DNA of 64,000 nucleotides, from NCBI GenBank assembly GCA_963776245.1, contig CAVZLN010000004.1, positions 256,001 through 320,000 on the forward strand, read 5' to 3'. Made by a program: the position numbers and the translations under genes. The notes beneath the pieces were generated by a model. It searched no databases, was not told where the DNA came from, and saw nothing but the letters and a program-made list of their open reading frames with translations. Origin of the DNA: Candidatus Eiseniibacteriota bacterium (GTDB lineage Bacteria > Eisenbacteria > RBG-16-71-46). How positions within the stretch are numbered: position 1 is the first letter of the stretch; each line of letters starts with the position of its first letter. This document shows, one piece after another, positions 29,489 through 40,090 of the stretch.

Positions 29489-29974
29489 TCAGGCCATGCC
29501 GGTGTGGCCGAACCCACCGGCGCCGCGCGCGGTGGGTGAGAGATCGTCGACCTCGTCCCAGGCCACCCGCGGCACCCGGGCCAGCACCATCTGTGCGATG
29601 CGCATGCCGTGCGCGATCTCGAAGCGCTCGGTGCCGTGGTGGATGAGCGCCACGATGATCTCGCCCCGGTAGTCGGAATCGATGGTGGCCGGGCTGTTCG
29701 CCAGCGTGATGCCGTGGCGCGTGGCGAGCCCCGATCGCGGGCGCAACTGCACCTCGTACCCGGGTGGCACCTCGATGGCGAGCCCGGTGGGGACGCGCGC
29801 GATCCCGCCGGGCGCGAGCTCGAGCGGAGCCGCGAGCGCCGCGCGCACGTCCATGCCCGCGGCCCCTTCGGACTCGTAGACCGGCAACGGCAGTCCCTGG
29901 GCGTGCGGCAGGCGGCGGATGCGCAGTCGCATCAGCGTGCTCTCGGTGGCCGGCGTGGTTCGATCGGGCATCAT
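29489..29974 (-). CDS. dut: dUTP diphosphatase (alternative start 29932)
   Basis: [38 protein letters not shown]; TGnTACGGT lies 7 nt before ATG 29974. Confidence 0.95.
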   Translation of the reverse strand: MMPDRTTPATESTLMRLRIRRLPHAQGLPLPVYESEGAAGMDVRAALAAPLELAPGGIARVPTGLAIEVPPGYEVQLRPRSGLATRHGITLANSPATIDSDYRGEIIVALIHHGTERFEIAHGMRIAQMVLARVPRVAWDEVDDLSPTARGAGGFGHTGMA

Positions 29975-30188
29975 GCCGCGCACCGTACCAGCCGGGGCGT
30001 CCGTGCTCCAGTCCGTCGTCGCGGCCCGGCCTCGCAAGCGCGCGGGGCAATGCCGGTGCCCCAGCGCTCGATCCGAGGGCGCGTCCGGCGGGGGCGACCG
30101 GTCCGCCCCGCTTGAGCGCGGCGCGGGCCTGACGCACACTGCACCTCTCACGAGCCGTGCGACGCCGCGCTCATCCAGGAGGCCCGAG

Positions 30189-30644
30189 ATGGCGAAGATC
30201 CTCACGACCGAGGCCGAGCTCGGCGCCGTGGTGCGCGCGATGCGCTCCGTGGCGGTGGTGGGCATGAAGGACGAATCGCGCGCGAGCGAGCCCGCGCACT
30301 CCATCCCGCTCCTGCTCCACGAGCGCGGCGTGCGCGTGATCCCCGTGAATCCTGCCATCCGCGCGGCCCTCGGCGAACCGAGCCGCGCATCCCTCGCCGC
30401 CGTGGGTGAACGCGTGGACGTGGTGGACGTGTTCCGTCGCAGCGACGCGATCGGCGAGGTGGCCGACCAGGTGCTCGCGCTGCCGGCCGGGCAGCGGCCG
30501 GGCGTGGTGTGGATGCAGACCGGCATCCGCAACGAGGAAGCCGCGGCGCGGCTGGTGGCGGCCGGCATCGACGTGGTGATGGACGCCTGCCTCGGCGTGC
30601 TCGCGACGCGTTACCTCGGAAAGCCGGAGCCGCCCCCGGCATGA
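30189..30644 (+). CDS. CoA-binding protein (YccU-like)
   Basis: [39 protein letters not shown]. Confidence 0.9.
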   Translation: MAKILTTEAELGAVVRAMRSVAVVGMKDESRASEPAHSIPLLLHERGVRVIPVNPAIRAALGEPSRASLAAVGERVDVVDVFRRSDAIGEVADQVLALPAGQRPGVVWMQTGIRNEEAAARLVAAGIDVVMDACLGVLATRYLGKPEPPPA

Positions 30645-30765
30645 CGCCGTCCCCGCTCCGACCGGATCACGTGGGCGAGCCGTGCCCGGCTCATCCGTGG
30701 TCGTGAGGTCGCCCTCGGGGCGAAGGCCCGCCCGGCTGCGGCCCGCCCCTGACCGGTTCGGCCGG

Positions 30766-31893
30766 ATGGCGCGCACGTTCGCCTTCGGACTGCTCACGGC
30801 CGGGCTCCTGGGTGCTCCGCGCTCCGCGGGGGCGCAGGCCGCGGCCGACTCGTCGTCGTCCCCCGCTCGAACGTCGCCCGCGGCCGCCGACCATGGCCCA
30901 TGGTTCTACCGTGGGCTGCCCTACGGGAGCGAGTCCCAGGTGAACCCGCTCCAGCTGATCGTGAACGGCGGGTTCGGCATCCTCCAGTTCGACGATCAGG
31001 ACGCGCGCCTCGGGGACGTGAAGTTCCGCGCAGGCTGGCATCGGGTGACCAGCGACATGCTCCACCCGGTGAGGGCGATCGAGGTCGCCGGATGGAACGA
31101 CTTCCTGCTGCGCGAAGTGATCCCCGTCAGCCTCAGCAAGCGGGGCGCGCAGTACTGGCCCAACTACACCCTGCATCTGATCGGCGGGGGGATGAGCTAC
31201 ACCATGATGAGCGAGTGGTTCGAGCAGCGAGGGTACGCCGGTCCGAAGTGGTGGGCGGGTGGGACGCTCGCCGTCTACCACGGCCTGAACGAGGTGGTCG
31301 AGAACTCCGAGGCCGCCGGTCCCAACACCGACGCCATCGCCGACCTCTACATCTTCGATCCGGCGGCGGTCCTGCTGTTCAGCCACGAGGGCGTCAACCG
31401 CTTCTTCAGCCGCAGGCTCCACCTGCGCGACTGGTCCAACCAGCCGGCCATCGGCCTGCAGCGGGGCACCATCGAGAACCAGGGTCAGAACTTCTCGATC
31501 AAGCTGCCGGTGCCGCGCACCGAGCACTGGAGCGTCCTCTACTACTTCGGCAATCACGGCCAGGGCGGGCTCACGTACACCCGCGAGGATGGCTCCGCGT
31601 TCTCGGCGGCCGTCGGCATGCGGGCGCGGAAGCTGGTGGACGTGGGCCACAACGAACACACCGTCGACCTGGTGCCCTCGTACGGCCTCTTCTACGATCG
31701 CAACGGCTCCCTGCTGTTCTCGCTGGTCGGCGCCCGGACGACCCGCTACAAGCTGCGTCTGAACGCGTACCCCGGGCTGCTGGGTTTCCGCGGCGTCACG
31801 GTCGGGCTGTTCGCGCTGTGGAACCAGGACGGCAAGGCGATCTTCGGCATCGACCTGCCCTGGCTGCCCGTCGGGGCCGCGGTGCGACCGTGA
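30766..31893 (+). CDS. Hypothetical exported protein, possible C-terminal beta-barrel
   Basis: Signal peptide; helical NYTLHLIGGG...NEVVEN...DAIADL region, then amphipathic beta strands; start uncertain. Confidence 0.6.
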   Translation: MARTFAFGLLTAGLLGAPRSAGAQAAADSSSSPARTSPAAADHGPWFYRGLPYGSESQVNPLQLIVNGGFGILQFDDQDARLGDVKFRAGWHRVTSDMLHPVRAIEVAGWNDFLLREVIPVSLSKRGAQYWPNYTLHLIGGGMSYTMMSEWFEQRGYAGPKWWAGGTLAVYHGLNEVVENSEAAGPNTDAIADLYIFDPAAVLLFSHEGVNRFFSRRLHLRDWSNQPAIGLQRGTIENQGQNFSIKLPVPRTEHWSVLYYFGNHGQGGLTYTREDGSAFSAAVGMRARKLVDVGHNEHTVDLVPSYGLFYDRNGSLLFSLVGARTTRYKLRLNAYPGLLGFRGVTVGLFALWNQDGKAIFGIDLPWLPVGAAVRP

Positions 31894-31997
31894 TCGCCAC
31901 CGAGAACACCGTGTGCTGCTATCCTGCGGACCCGCAGGGGACCGTCCACCGGCTGCGCCGCCATTGAGCCGGGCCACCCACCCGGAGGAATGGAACC

Positions 31998-32588
31998 ATG
32001 AAGCCCGTGATCCGAATCGTACTGATCGTCCTCGTGGCAATGCTGGCGTTCGTCCAGTCGCGGCCGTCCCACTTCCGGGTCGAGCGCACCGCCGTCATCG
32101 GCGCCCCGGCCGAGGTCGTGTTCGCGAAGATCGACGACTTCCACCAGTGGGCGGGCTGGTCGCCGTGGGAGAAGCTGGACCCCGCGATGAAGCGGGTGTA
32201 CGGCGACATCCCCGCGGGCACCGGCGCCACCTATCACTGGACCGGCAACGACAAGGTGGGCGAGGGCAACATGGCGATCACCGATTCGCGGCCCGGGGAG
32301 CTCGTGGTGATCGCCCTCGAGTTCATCAAGCCCTTCAAGGCCTCGAACGTCACCACGTTCGCGCTCGCGACCGAGGCGTCCGGCACGCGGGTGACGTGGT
32401 CGATGGACGGCACGCACGACCTGATGGGCAAGGCCATGAGCATCTTCATGAACATGGACAAGATGGTGGGCGGCGATTTCGAGAAGGGCCTCGCCAACCT
32501 GAAGGCGCTGGCCGAGGCGGACGCGCAGCGCCCCGCGGAGGTCGCGACGCCTGCGCTCACGGGCGAGCCCGGACCGCCGGCCCGCTAG
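31998..32588 (+). CDS. SRPBCC (polyketide cyclase-like) protein
   Basis: FRVERTAVI, WSPWEKLDP, GTRVTWSM, GDFEKGLANLK; GGAGG RBS. Confidence 0.9.
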   Translation: MKPVIRIVLIVLVAMLAFVQSRPSHFRVERTAVIGAPAEVVFAKIDDFHQWAGWSPWEKLDPAMKRVYGDIPAGTGATYHWTGNDKVGEGNMAITDSRPGELVVIALEFIKPFKASNVTTFALATEASGTRVTWSMDGTHDLMGKAMSIFMNMDKMVGGDFEKGLANLKALAEADAQRPAEVATPALTGEPGPPAR

Positions 32589-32609
32589 CGTCAGGGCCGC
32601 CCACAGCCG

Positions 32610-33146
32610 CTAGTAGATGTTGCGCGACACCAGGTCCCGCCGATCGGCGGGGTCCCTGAGCACTTCCAGGATCACCTCGATGTAGAGCGCGGGGAAGATG
32701 AACGCGAGGTACTTCTCCCAGTGCCGCGGAGCCCGGTTCGCGAGGAAGGCGAGCCCCAGCGCCCGGTAGAGGTCCGTGAACCAGAGCTTGTGCCGCCGGA
32801 TCCTGAACAGGCCCGAATTCTGGAGCACGTGGAAGGTTATCCAGCCGAGGTGGTGGAGGTGCTCGAGGTCCCCGTACGAGAGCTGGGAGCTGTAGTGCGG
32901 GGTGATGATCCGGATGGTGGCACCCGGCTTCGCGATGCGGTGCACCTCGTTCATGAGGCGGAGCGGCCGCTCGACGTGCTCGATCACGTGGGACATCTCG
33001 ATGTGGTCGAAGGTGTCCTCCTCGAACGGATACGGATACTCGTCGAGGTCGTGCACGACATCCACGTGGGGCGCCGGCCGGATGTCGAGACCGACCGAGC
33101 CGGGCAGCTTGGTGTGCGGCCCGCATCCGAGATCGAGCGTCTTCAT
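32610..33146 (-). CDS. Class I SAM-dependent methyltransferase
   Basis: LDLGCG motif I, DVVHDLD..PYPF, HVIEH, EVHRIAKPG. Confidence 0.85.
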   Translation of the reverse strand: MKTLDLGCGPHTKLPGSVGLDIRPAPHVDVVHDLDEYPYPFEEDTFDHIEMSHVIEHVERPLRLMNEVHRIAKPGATIRIITPHYSSQLSYGDLEHLHHLGWITFHVLQNSGLFRIRRHKLWFTDLYRALGLAFLANRAPRHWEKYLAFIFPALYIEVILEVLRDPADRRDLVSRNIY

Positions 33147-33371
33147 GGGCTCCCTGCCTCCGGGTCCGGAACGGCCCGGGCCGCCATGCTGGCCCGATGG
33201 ACGGCCGCCAACGTAGACCGGACCGCGACCGACTGTCGAGTGCGCGGTCGGGATCGGGGTGGGAGAGCGGGGCCCCGCGAGGTCGCCGACGCGGTCGTGC
33301 CTTGCGGGGGACACCGACCCCGGAGCATGCTGCGCGGGCGAATCCCGCGCTCCACTCCATCCGGAGGTCCC

Positions 33372-35033
33372 ATGCCATCCGCCATCCGACCGCTCGTCGC
33401 GTGCCTGCTCGTCGTCCTCGGCCTCGCCGCCCACTCAGCGACCGCGGTCCACGCGGCGGCATCCCCGGACGCCGAGGAGCGGATCCGCGCCGCCGGGCTG
33501 CGCGGCGACATCGCGGCGCTCGCCGCGGACTCCACCGGCGGCCGCGCGCCCGGCACGCCCGGCGATCGCATGGCTCGCCGCTACCTGATCCGCCGGCTGC
33601 AGGAGATCGGATTCCAGCCCGGCGGCGCCGGCGGCGCGTGGGAGCAGCCCATCACGTTCGTGGGCCTGACGGTGAAGAACCTGGATCGCTGGCGGTTCAC
33701 CGGGCCCTCCGGCGAGGCCGTGTTCCAGTGGGGTGACGAGGTCATCGGCGGGAGCGGGGTGCAGGCCCCGCGGGTCTCCATCCAGGACGCCGAGGTGGTG
33801 TTCGCCGGCTACGGGATCCAGGCGCCCGAATACCAGTGGGACGACTTCAAGGGCGCCGACCTCAGGGGCCGCATCCTGCTGGTCCTGAACAACGACCCCG
33901 ACTGGGACCCCGCGCTCTTCGCCGGCACGAAGCGGCTCTACTACGGTCGCTGGGACTACAAGTACGAGGCGGCCGCGCGCCAGGGAGCGGCTGGTGTGAT
34001 CATCCTGCACACGGAGGAGTCCGCGGGCTACGGTTGGAACGTGGTGCAACGCTCGTGGTCCGGCACCCAGTTCGAGCTCCCGGCGGGGGACGAGCCCCGC
34101 CTCGAGTTCAAGAGCTGGCTGACCGAACCGGCCGTCCGCCGGCTCTGCGCGCTGGGCGGGAAGGATCTGGACTCGCTCATCGCCCGGGCGCACCGCCGCG
34201 ACTTCGCGCCGATCCCGCTGGGGGTCAGGACCTCGCTTTCCTTCGACGTCGGGCTGGAGCAGACCGCGACCGCCAACGTGGTGGGCGTCCTGCCGGGGAG
34301 CGACCGACGGCTGCGCGACGAGGCGGTGATGTACTCCGCCCACCACGACCATCTCGGCATCGGGGCTCCCGACTCCACCGGTGACCGGATCCACAACGGC
34401 GCGGTGGACAACGCCTCGGGGTGCGCGCAGGTGCTGGCGATCGCCGAGGCCTTCGCCGCGACGCGGCCGGCCCCGCGCCGCAGCGTGGTCGCCCTGTTCG
34501 TCGCCGGGGAGGAGCAGGGGCTGCTGGGCTCGAAGTACTTCGCGGCCCATCCGACCCTTCCGCCCGCCCGCATCGCGGCCGAGATCAACATCGATGGCGG
34601 CAACGTCCTCGGCCGCACCTCGGACGTCGCCGTGATCGGCAAGGGCAAGTCGGATCTCGAGGACCGTCTGGTGGTCGCGGCCCGGGGACAGGGGCGCACG
34701 GTGGTGGACGACCCCGAGCCCGACAAGGGCTTCTACTACCGCTCGGACCAGCTGAGTCTCGCCCGCATCGGCGTGCCGTCGCTCTACTTCAAGTCCGGTC
34801 AGAGCTATATCGGCCGCCCCGTCGGCTGGGGGAAGGAGAAGGAAGCCGAGTATCGGCGACTGCACTACCACCAGCCCAGCGACGAGATCCGCCCGGACTG
34901 GGACTACTCGGGGATGATCGAGGACGCGCGCCTGGCGTACCGGGTCGGACTCGACGTCGCGAACGGCGCGCGCCTGCCCGCGTGGTATCCCGGCGACGAG
35001 TTCGAGGCGGCGCGACTCAAGAGTCGTCGATAG
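33372..35033 (+). CDS. Exported M28 metallopeptidase with PA domain
   Basis: Signal peptide; GRAPGTPG, VFAGYGI, SAHHDHLG, NGAVDNASG, GEEQGLLGS, YRSDQ, YHQPSDE. Confidence 0.92.
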   Translation: MPSAIRPLVACLLVVLGLAAHSATAVHAAASPDAEERIRAAGLRGDIAALAADSTGGRAPGTPGDRMARRYLIRRLQEIGFQPGGAGGAWEQPITFVGLTVKNLDRWRFTGPSGEAVFQWGDEVIGGSGVQAPRVSIQDAEVVFAGYGIQAPEYQWDDFKGADLRGRILLVLNNDPDWDPALFAGTKRLYYGRWDYKYEAAARQGAAGVIILHTEESAGYGWNVVQRSWSGTQFELPAGDEPRLEFKSWLTEPAVRRLCALGGKDLDSLIARAHRRDFAPIPLGVRTSLSFDVGLEQTATANVVGVLPGSDRRLRDEAVMYSAHHDHLGIGAPDSTGDRIHNGAVDNASGCAQVLAIAEAFAATRPAPRRSVVALFVAGEEQGLLGSKYFAAHPTLPPARIAAEINIDGGNVLGRTSDVAVIGKGKSDLEDRLVVAARGQGRTVVDDPEPDKGFYYRSDQLSLARIGVPSLYFKSGQSYIGRPVGWGKEKEAEYRRLHYHQPSDEIRPDWDYSGMIEDARLAYRVGLDVANGARLPAWYPGDEFEAARLKSRR

Positions 35034-35079
35034 CGGCGCCCCCGCGCGGCGTGCGTCCGCCGCTGCCGGGGGAGCGCGC

Positions 35080-36786
35080 TCACGGGGCCGGAGCCGGCGC
35101 GCTCTCGCGGCGCGCCATCTCCTGCGCGCGCAGCTCGCGGCGCAGGATCTTGAGCACCGAGCTCCTCGGGAGCTCGGTGCGGAACTCGATCTCCCTCGGC
35201 AGCTTGAAGGAGGCGAGGCTGGCCCGGCAATGCCCGAGCAGCTCATCGGCGGTCGCCTGCGCTCCCGGCCGCAGCACCACGAACGACTTCACGCGCTCCC
35301 CGCAGCGCGGATCGGGAAGGCCGATGGTCGCGGATTCCAGCACCGCCGGGTGCGCCGCGAGCACCCCGTCCACCTCGTCCGGGTACACGTTGTATCCCGA
35401 GACCAGGATCATCTCCTTCTTCCGGCCCGAGATGAAGAAGTACCCCTCGTCGTCCATGTGGGCGATGTCGCCGGTGTAGAGCCAGCCGCCGCGGATCATC
35501 TGCGAGGTCTCGTCCGGGCGGTTCCAGTAGCCCTGCATGACCTGGGGGCCCCACACCACCAGTTCGCCGTCCTCGCCCGCGGGCAGGTCGCGGGTGCCGG
35601 TCTCGAGATCGACGATCCTCGCGTCGGTCCCCACGAACGGCACGCCGATGCTCCCGACCTTGCGCTTCGTGCGCAGCGGGTTCACGTGGGTGATGGGCGA
35701 GGTCTCGGTGAGTCCGAAGCCCTCGACGATCCGTGCGCCGGTCAGCGCCTCGAACCGCTCGAGCACGTCCGCCGGCAGCGGCGCCGAGCCCGAGAAGCAC
35801 GACTTCACGCACGAGAGGTCGAGCCGCTTGATCCGCGGGTCGTTGTTGATGGCGTTGAACATCGCCGGGACGCCCATGAACAGCGTGACGCGCCGCTTCA
35901 CGACCGCCTGCACGAGCGCGGGGAAGTCGCGGGGGTTGGGCACGATCACCATCGTGCACCCGGCCCACAGCGGGAAGTTCATCGTCACCGTCATGCCGAA
36001 GACGTGGAAGAACGGAAGCGCCGACAGGATGACCTCGTCGGAGAACTCCTCGAGGTGGAGCCAGGCGGCGATGCCCTGCACGTTCACCGACAGATTGCGG
36101 TGCGTGAGGATGGCTCCCTTCGCCACCCCGGTCGTCCCGCCGGTGTACTGGAGGACCGCGATGTCATCGAGGCCCACCTCGACCCGCGGGGGCGTGGCGG
36201 GTGTGCGGTCCACCAGGGCGCGGAAGAAGTGCAGGCCGGGCTCCGGCGCGACGCGCGCGATCATCGGCGGGTGGGCCTTCGCGAGCTTCAGCGGCGCGAG
36301 GCGGTTGAGCGGGAACGCGAGGTACTCGGGGATCGACGCCACGATGTAGTGCTTCACGGGCAAGGCGCCCCGGATCGCGCGGATGCGGCGCTGCCAGAGG
36401 AAGTCCATGACGATCGCCACTTCGCAGCCGGCGTCCTTCCACTGGTGCTCGATCTCGCGCTCGGTGTAGAGCGGGCTGGTCATCACCACGTGGGCACCGA
36501 GCCGCAGCACCGCGTAGTTCGCGATCACGGTCTGCGGCAGGTTGGGCAGTTGGAGGGCGACCCGGGTGCCCTTCGTGACGCCCAGCCGGGAGAGCGCCGT
36601 GGCGAGGCGGTCCACCTGGTCCTTCAATCCTCCGTACGTCATGCGCCGGTTGAGGAACCAGATCGCGGTGCGATCGCCGCCGTGACCGGCCGCACGGTCG
36701 AGGGCCTCGAGCAGCGTGCGATCGATGAAGCGGAAGTCGACGGGGATGCCCTCGTCGTAGTGATCGTGCCAGACGCGCCGTTCCAT
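35080..36786 (-). CDS. Long-chain-fatty-acid--CoA ligase (FadD-like)
   Basis: LQYTGGTTGVAKG, EGFGLTETSP, GPQVMQGYW, LYTGDI, GRKKEMI, LKILRR. Confidence 0.93.
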   Translation of the reverse strand: MERRVWHDHYDEGIPVDFRFIDRTLLEALDRAAGHGGDRTAIWFLNRRMTYGGLKDQVDRLATALSRLGVTKGTRVALQLPNLPQTVIANYAVLRLGAHVVMTSPLYTEREIEHQWKDAGCEVAIVMDFLWQRRIRAIRGALPVKHYIVASIPEYLAFPLNRLAPLKLAKAHPPMIARVAPEPGLHFFRALVDRTPATPPRVEVGLDDIAVLQYTGGTTGVAKGAILTHRNLSVNVQGIAAWLHLEEFSDEVILSALPFFHVFGMTVTMNFPLWAGCTMVIVPNPRDFPALVQAVVKRRVTLFMGVPAMFNAINNDPRIKRLDLSCVKSCFSGSAPLPADVLERFEALTGARIVEGFGLTETSPITHVNPLRTKRKVGSIGVPFVGTDARIVDLETGTRDLPAGEDGELVVWGPQVMQGYWNRPDETSQMIRGGWLYTGDIAHMDDEGYFFISGRKKEMILVSGYNVYPDEVDGVLAAHPAVLESATIGLPDPRCGERVKSFVVLRPGAQATADELLGHCRASLASFKLPREIEFRTELPRSSVLKILRRELRAQEMARRESAPAPAP

Positions 36787-37044
36787 GGGGTCCTCGCGGT
36801 CAGAGACGGCCGGCTCGCCGGCAGGGGACCGGTCGCCGCGCGGAGCGGCGGGTCCCGAGGAGGCGCCAGCGTTCACGATCCGCACAGTGTACTTGACTTG
36901 CGCGCTGCCGCTATCAATTGTGTGGAGTCCGCTCACGTCACCGGGCCGACGGGTCCATCCCGCCCGCCCGGGTGCGCGTCGCCGATCCGGAGTCCGGCAC
37001 GCAGCGCCGACCGGGCGGAGGTCGATCCTCGGAGAGCCCGGATC

Positions 37045-39948
37045 ATGATCGGTCGCACGCTGCTCCACTACGAATTCGTCTCCGAGCTCGGCGCCGGCGG
37101 CATGGGCCGCGTGTTCCTCGCGCGCGACACGCGGACCGGTCGTCGCGTGGCGGTCAAGTTCGTGGACCATGCCGATCCGGGGGCGAGGGAGCGACTGCAG
37201 CGCGAGGCGCAGGCCGCGGCGCGCCTGTCGCATCCCGGCATCGTCACGCTCTATTCGCTCGAGGACGACGGCGGCCAGCTCTTCCTGGTGCAGGAGTACG
37301 TGGAGGGTTCCACCCTGGCCGCTCGCATCGCGCGTGGCCCGCTCGGCTCCGGCGAGCTCCTGCGCCTGGCGCGCGAGGTGTCGGCGGCGCTGGCACACGC
37401 CCACCGTCACGGGGTGCTCCACCGCGACCTCAAGCCCGAGAACATCCTGATGGCCGCCGACGGGGCCTACAAGATCGCGGACTTCGGCATCGCCCGCGTT
37501 CAGGGCGCCACCCGCCTCACCAGCACCGGCGCCATCCCCGGCACGCTTCCGTATCTCGCTCCGGAGCGCTTGCGCGGAGCGGCGGGGGATGGCCGGAGCG
37601 ACCTGTTCGCGCTCGGAGCGGTGCTCTACGAGGCCTTCACCGGACGCCGGGCGTTCCCCGGCGCCACCGAGGCCGAAGTGGTGTACGGCATCCTGAACGC
37701 CGACCCGCTGCCGCCCGACGCCCCGTCGGCGAGCCTGCGTCCGCTCGCCGCGCTGACCATGAAGCTCCTCGCGCGCGAGCCGGCCGAGCGCCCGGCCAGC
37801 GCGGAGGAGGTCGCGGGGCTGATCGAGGGGCTGGCGACGGTCGCGGGCGCCGCCACTCCGGGCCCCGTATCGCGGGCCTCGCGGAGGATCGCGGCGCTCG
37901 CGGTGGCGGCGGTGCTGGCGATCGGCGCGCTGGCGGGATGGTGGTTCGTCCGGCAGAGGCCGAGCGCACCCGACGAGGCGTCCGCGGTCGCGGTGGTGGC
38001 GTTCGACAACGTCGCCGACCCCGCGGATCCCTCGCGCATGGGACCGATCACCGGCAATCTCATCGTCGCCGCGATCGCCCAGGCGCCGGGCGCGAACGTG
38101 CTCAGCACTCAGCGCGTGCTCGAGGTCCTGAGTCAGCTCGGCCGGCAAGGGGGAACGGGCCGGACGGTGGCGCTCGAGGTCGGGCGGCGGGCGCACGCCG
38201 CGCGCGTCGTCACCGGCAGCATCCTGCAGCTCGCGCCCACGATCATCATGACCGCCGAGGTCTCGGACGTGCGATCGGGCCGGCTGCTCGCCGCCGAGCG
38301 CATCGAGGGCCGGCCGGGACAGACCGTGTTCGAGGTCGTGGATGCGCTGGGCGGAAACCTGTTGCGGCGCCTCCTTCCGGCGGGAGCCATCGGGACGCTG
38401 GCCCCGATCGCCGAGCGGACGAGTGCCGACCTCGCGGCACAGCGCGAGTACAGCGTGGGGCTCGAGCACATGGCCGCCGGCGAACTGGAGGAGGCGGAGA
38501 CCGCGTTCCAGATGGCGGTGGATCGCGACTCGACCTTCGCCCAGGCCTGCTACCAGCTGGCGATCACGCACTGGTGGCTGCGCGAGATCGGCGGCGCCGC
38601 GGATGCGATGGCGCGCGCGTCCGCGCTCACGGAGCGGCTGACACCGTTCGAGCGCGAGGTCGTCGCGGGCGTCAGCGAGCTGGTGGAGCACCGATTCGAC
38701 TCCGCGGCGGCCCGGTTCGCCGGTCTCATGCGGGCGCACCCGGGAGACCGGACCCTCGGCTACGCGTACGAAGAGGCGGTCTTCCACTCCCTGCGCTACC
38801 CGGAGACGGTCGAGACGGCGCGCGCCCTGCTGGCCGCCGACCCGGGTTTCACGCTCGCCGGCATCCACCTGGTGGACGCGCTGGCGGTCGAGGGCGAACT
38901 CGGACAGGCGGAGAGCACGGCGGTCGAGCTGCTGGACCGCAGCCCGAACAACCGGCCGCTGCGCCGCTCGCTGTTCTACGTGCGACTGCGCCGGGGCGAT
39001 CTTCCGGGGGCGTTCGCGGCGGTCAGCGAGGCGCGCACTCAGGGCCACGCCGCGTTCGGGTGGCTCCAGACCAGCATGCTGCTCGCGACGTGTGACAGCC
39101 TCGAGGCAGCGCGGGACTGGATGGTGAACGGCGCGCCGTCCGGCGCGCGCTGGGAGCGCGATCCGAGCGCGGTGGACTACTGGCACGCGCTGCGGCAGGG
39201 CCGATTCCGCGCCGCGATGGAGATCGCCCGAGAGGCGTGGATGCGGACCCCGCGCCTCGGCTCGATCGGATCCCCGGGGGTGCCCCAGGCGGACGGGATC
39301 TCGGCCGCGGTCGGAGCGCGCGATCTCATCCGTGCGCAGGCCTTCGCCGACAGCCTGGGGACCCGGATGCTGCTGTGGCGATTGCCGAACGGCGCCCTCG
39401 TGGGACCGCTCATGTCGATCGACATCCGGCTGCGCCTCGGCCTGACGGCCGAAGCGGCTGCGCGGCTCGCCGCGCTCGAGAAGCGGCCCGGGGGCCGTGC
39501 AGAAAGCGCCCGTCGGATCATGGCTTTCGCGCGCGTCCAGTTGCTCACCGCCCAGGGTCGCGGAGCGGAGGCGCTCGCGCTTCTGCCGCACGCCACCTGG
39601 TATGGCGACCCCGTCACGACGCTCGGCATGACGAGTCTCGAGACGGCCCGCGCCCACGTCGCCGCGGGGCGCCCCGGGATCGCGATCGGGATCCTCGACA
39701 CGCTCATCCGCGCCCCGATGCTGAGTCCCGACGAGGCGGTGCGGCTGAGGTTGCTGCGCGCCCGGCTGCTCGAGAAGGTCGGACGGCCGGAGCTCGCCGT
39801 GCGGGACTACCGCGACTTCCTCGCCGACTGGAAGGACGCCGACCCCGGCCTGCCCGAAGTCGCCGAGGCGCGCGGCGCCGTGAGACGGCTCGAGGGCGGC
39901 CCCGGCCGCGCGACCCCGGGGGGATCGCGGCCGGAACGCCGAAGATAG
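37045..39948 (+). CDS. Membrane-anchored Ser/Thr kinase with TolB_N/FlgO-like domain and TPR-like repeats
   Basis: GAGGMG, VAVK, HRDLKPEN, DFG, APE; TM helix; VAVVAFDN domain; helical repeats. Confidence 0.9.
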   Translation: MIGRTLLHYEFVSELGAGGMGRVFLARDTRTGRRVAVKFVDHADPGARERLQREAQAAARLSHPGIVTLYSLEDDGGQLFLVQEYVEGSTLAARIARGPLGSGELLRLAREVSAALAHAHRHGVLHRDLKPENILMAADGAYKIADFGIARVQGATRLTSTGAIPGTLPYLAPERLRGAAGDGRSDLFALGAVLYEAFTGRRAFPGATEAEVVYGILNADPLPPDAPSASLRPLAALTMKLLAREPAERPASAEEVAGLIEGLATVAGAATPGPVSRASRRIAALAVAAVLAIGALAGWWFVRQRPSAPDEASAVAVVAFDNVADPADPSRMGPITGNLIVAAIAQAPGANVLSTQRVLEVLSQLGRQGGTGRTVALEVGRRAHAARVVTGSILQLAPTIIMTAEVSDVRSGRLLAAERIEGRPGQTVFEVVDALGGNLLRRLLPAGAIGTLAPIAERTSADLAAQREYSVGLEHMAAGELEEAETAFQMAVDRDSTFAQACYQLAITHWWLREIGGAADAMARASALTERLTPFEREVVAGVSELVEHRFDSAAARFAGLMRAHPGDRTLGYAYEEAVFHSLRYPETVETARALLAADPGFTLAGIHLVDALAVEGELGQAESTAVELLDRSPNNRPLRRSLFYVRLRRGDLPGAFAAVSEARTQGHAAFGWLQTSMLLATCDSLEAARDWMVNGAPSGARWERDPSAVDYWHALRQGRFRAAMEIAREAWMRTPRLGSIGSPGVPQADGISAAVGARDLIRAQAFADSLGTRMLLWRLPNGALVGPLMSIDIRLRLGLTAEAAARLAALEKRPGGRAESARRIMAFARVQLLTAQGRGAEALALLPHATWYGDPVTTLGMTSLETARAHVAAGRPGIAIGILDTLIRAPMLSPDEAVRLRLLRARLLEKVGRPELAVRDYRDFLADWKDADPGLPEVAEARGAVRRLEGGPGRATPGGSRPERRR

Positions 39949-40090
39949 CCGCGACGCCGGGCGAGTCCTCCGCGGACCGTGCCGCACCCGACATCGCCCG
40001 TTCGCCCAGCCCGTCCTTGCCCGCGGCCACGGCGGCGTGCTACACGGGAGCGTCCGACGGACTCGTCGTCCCACCCTGGCGGCCCAGCGC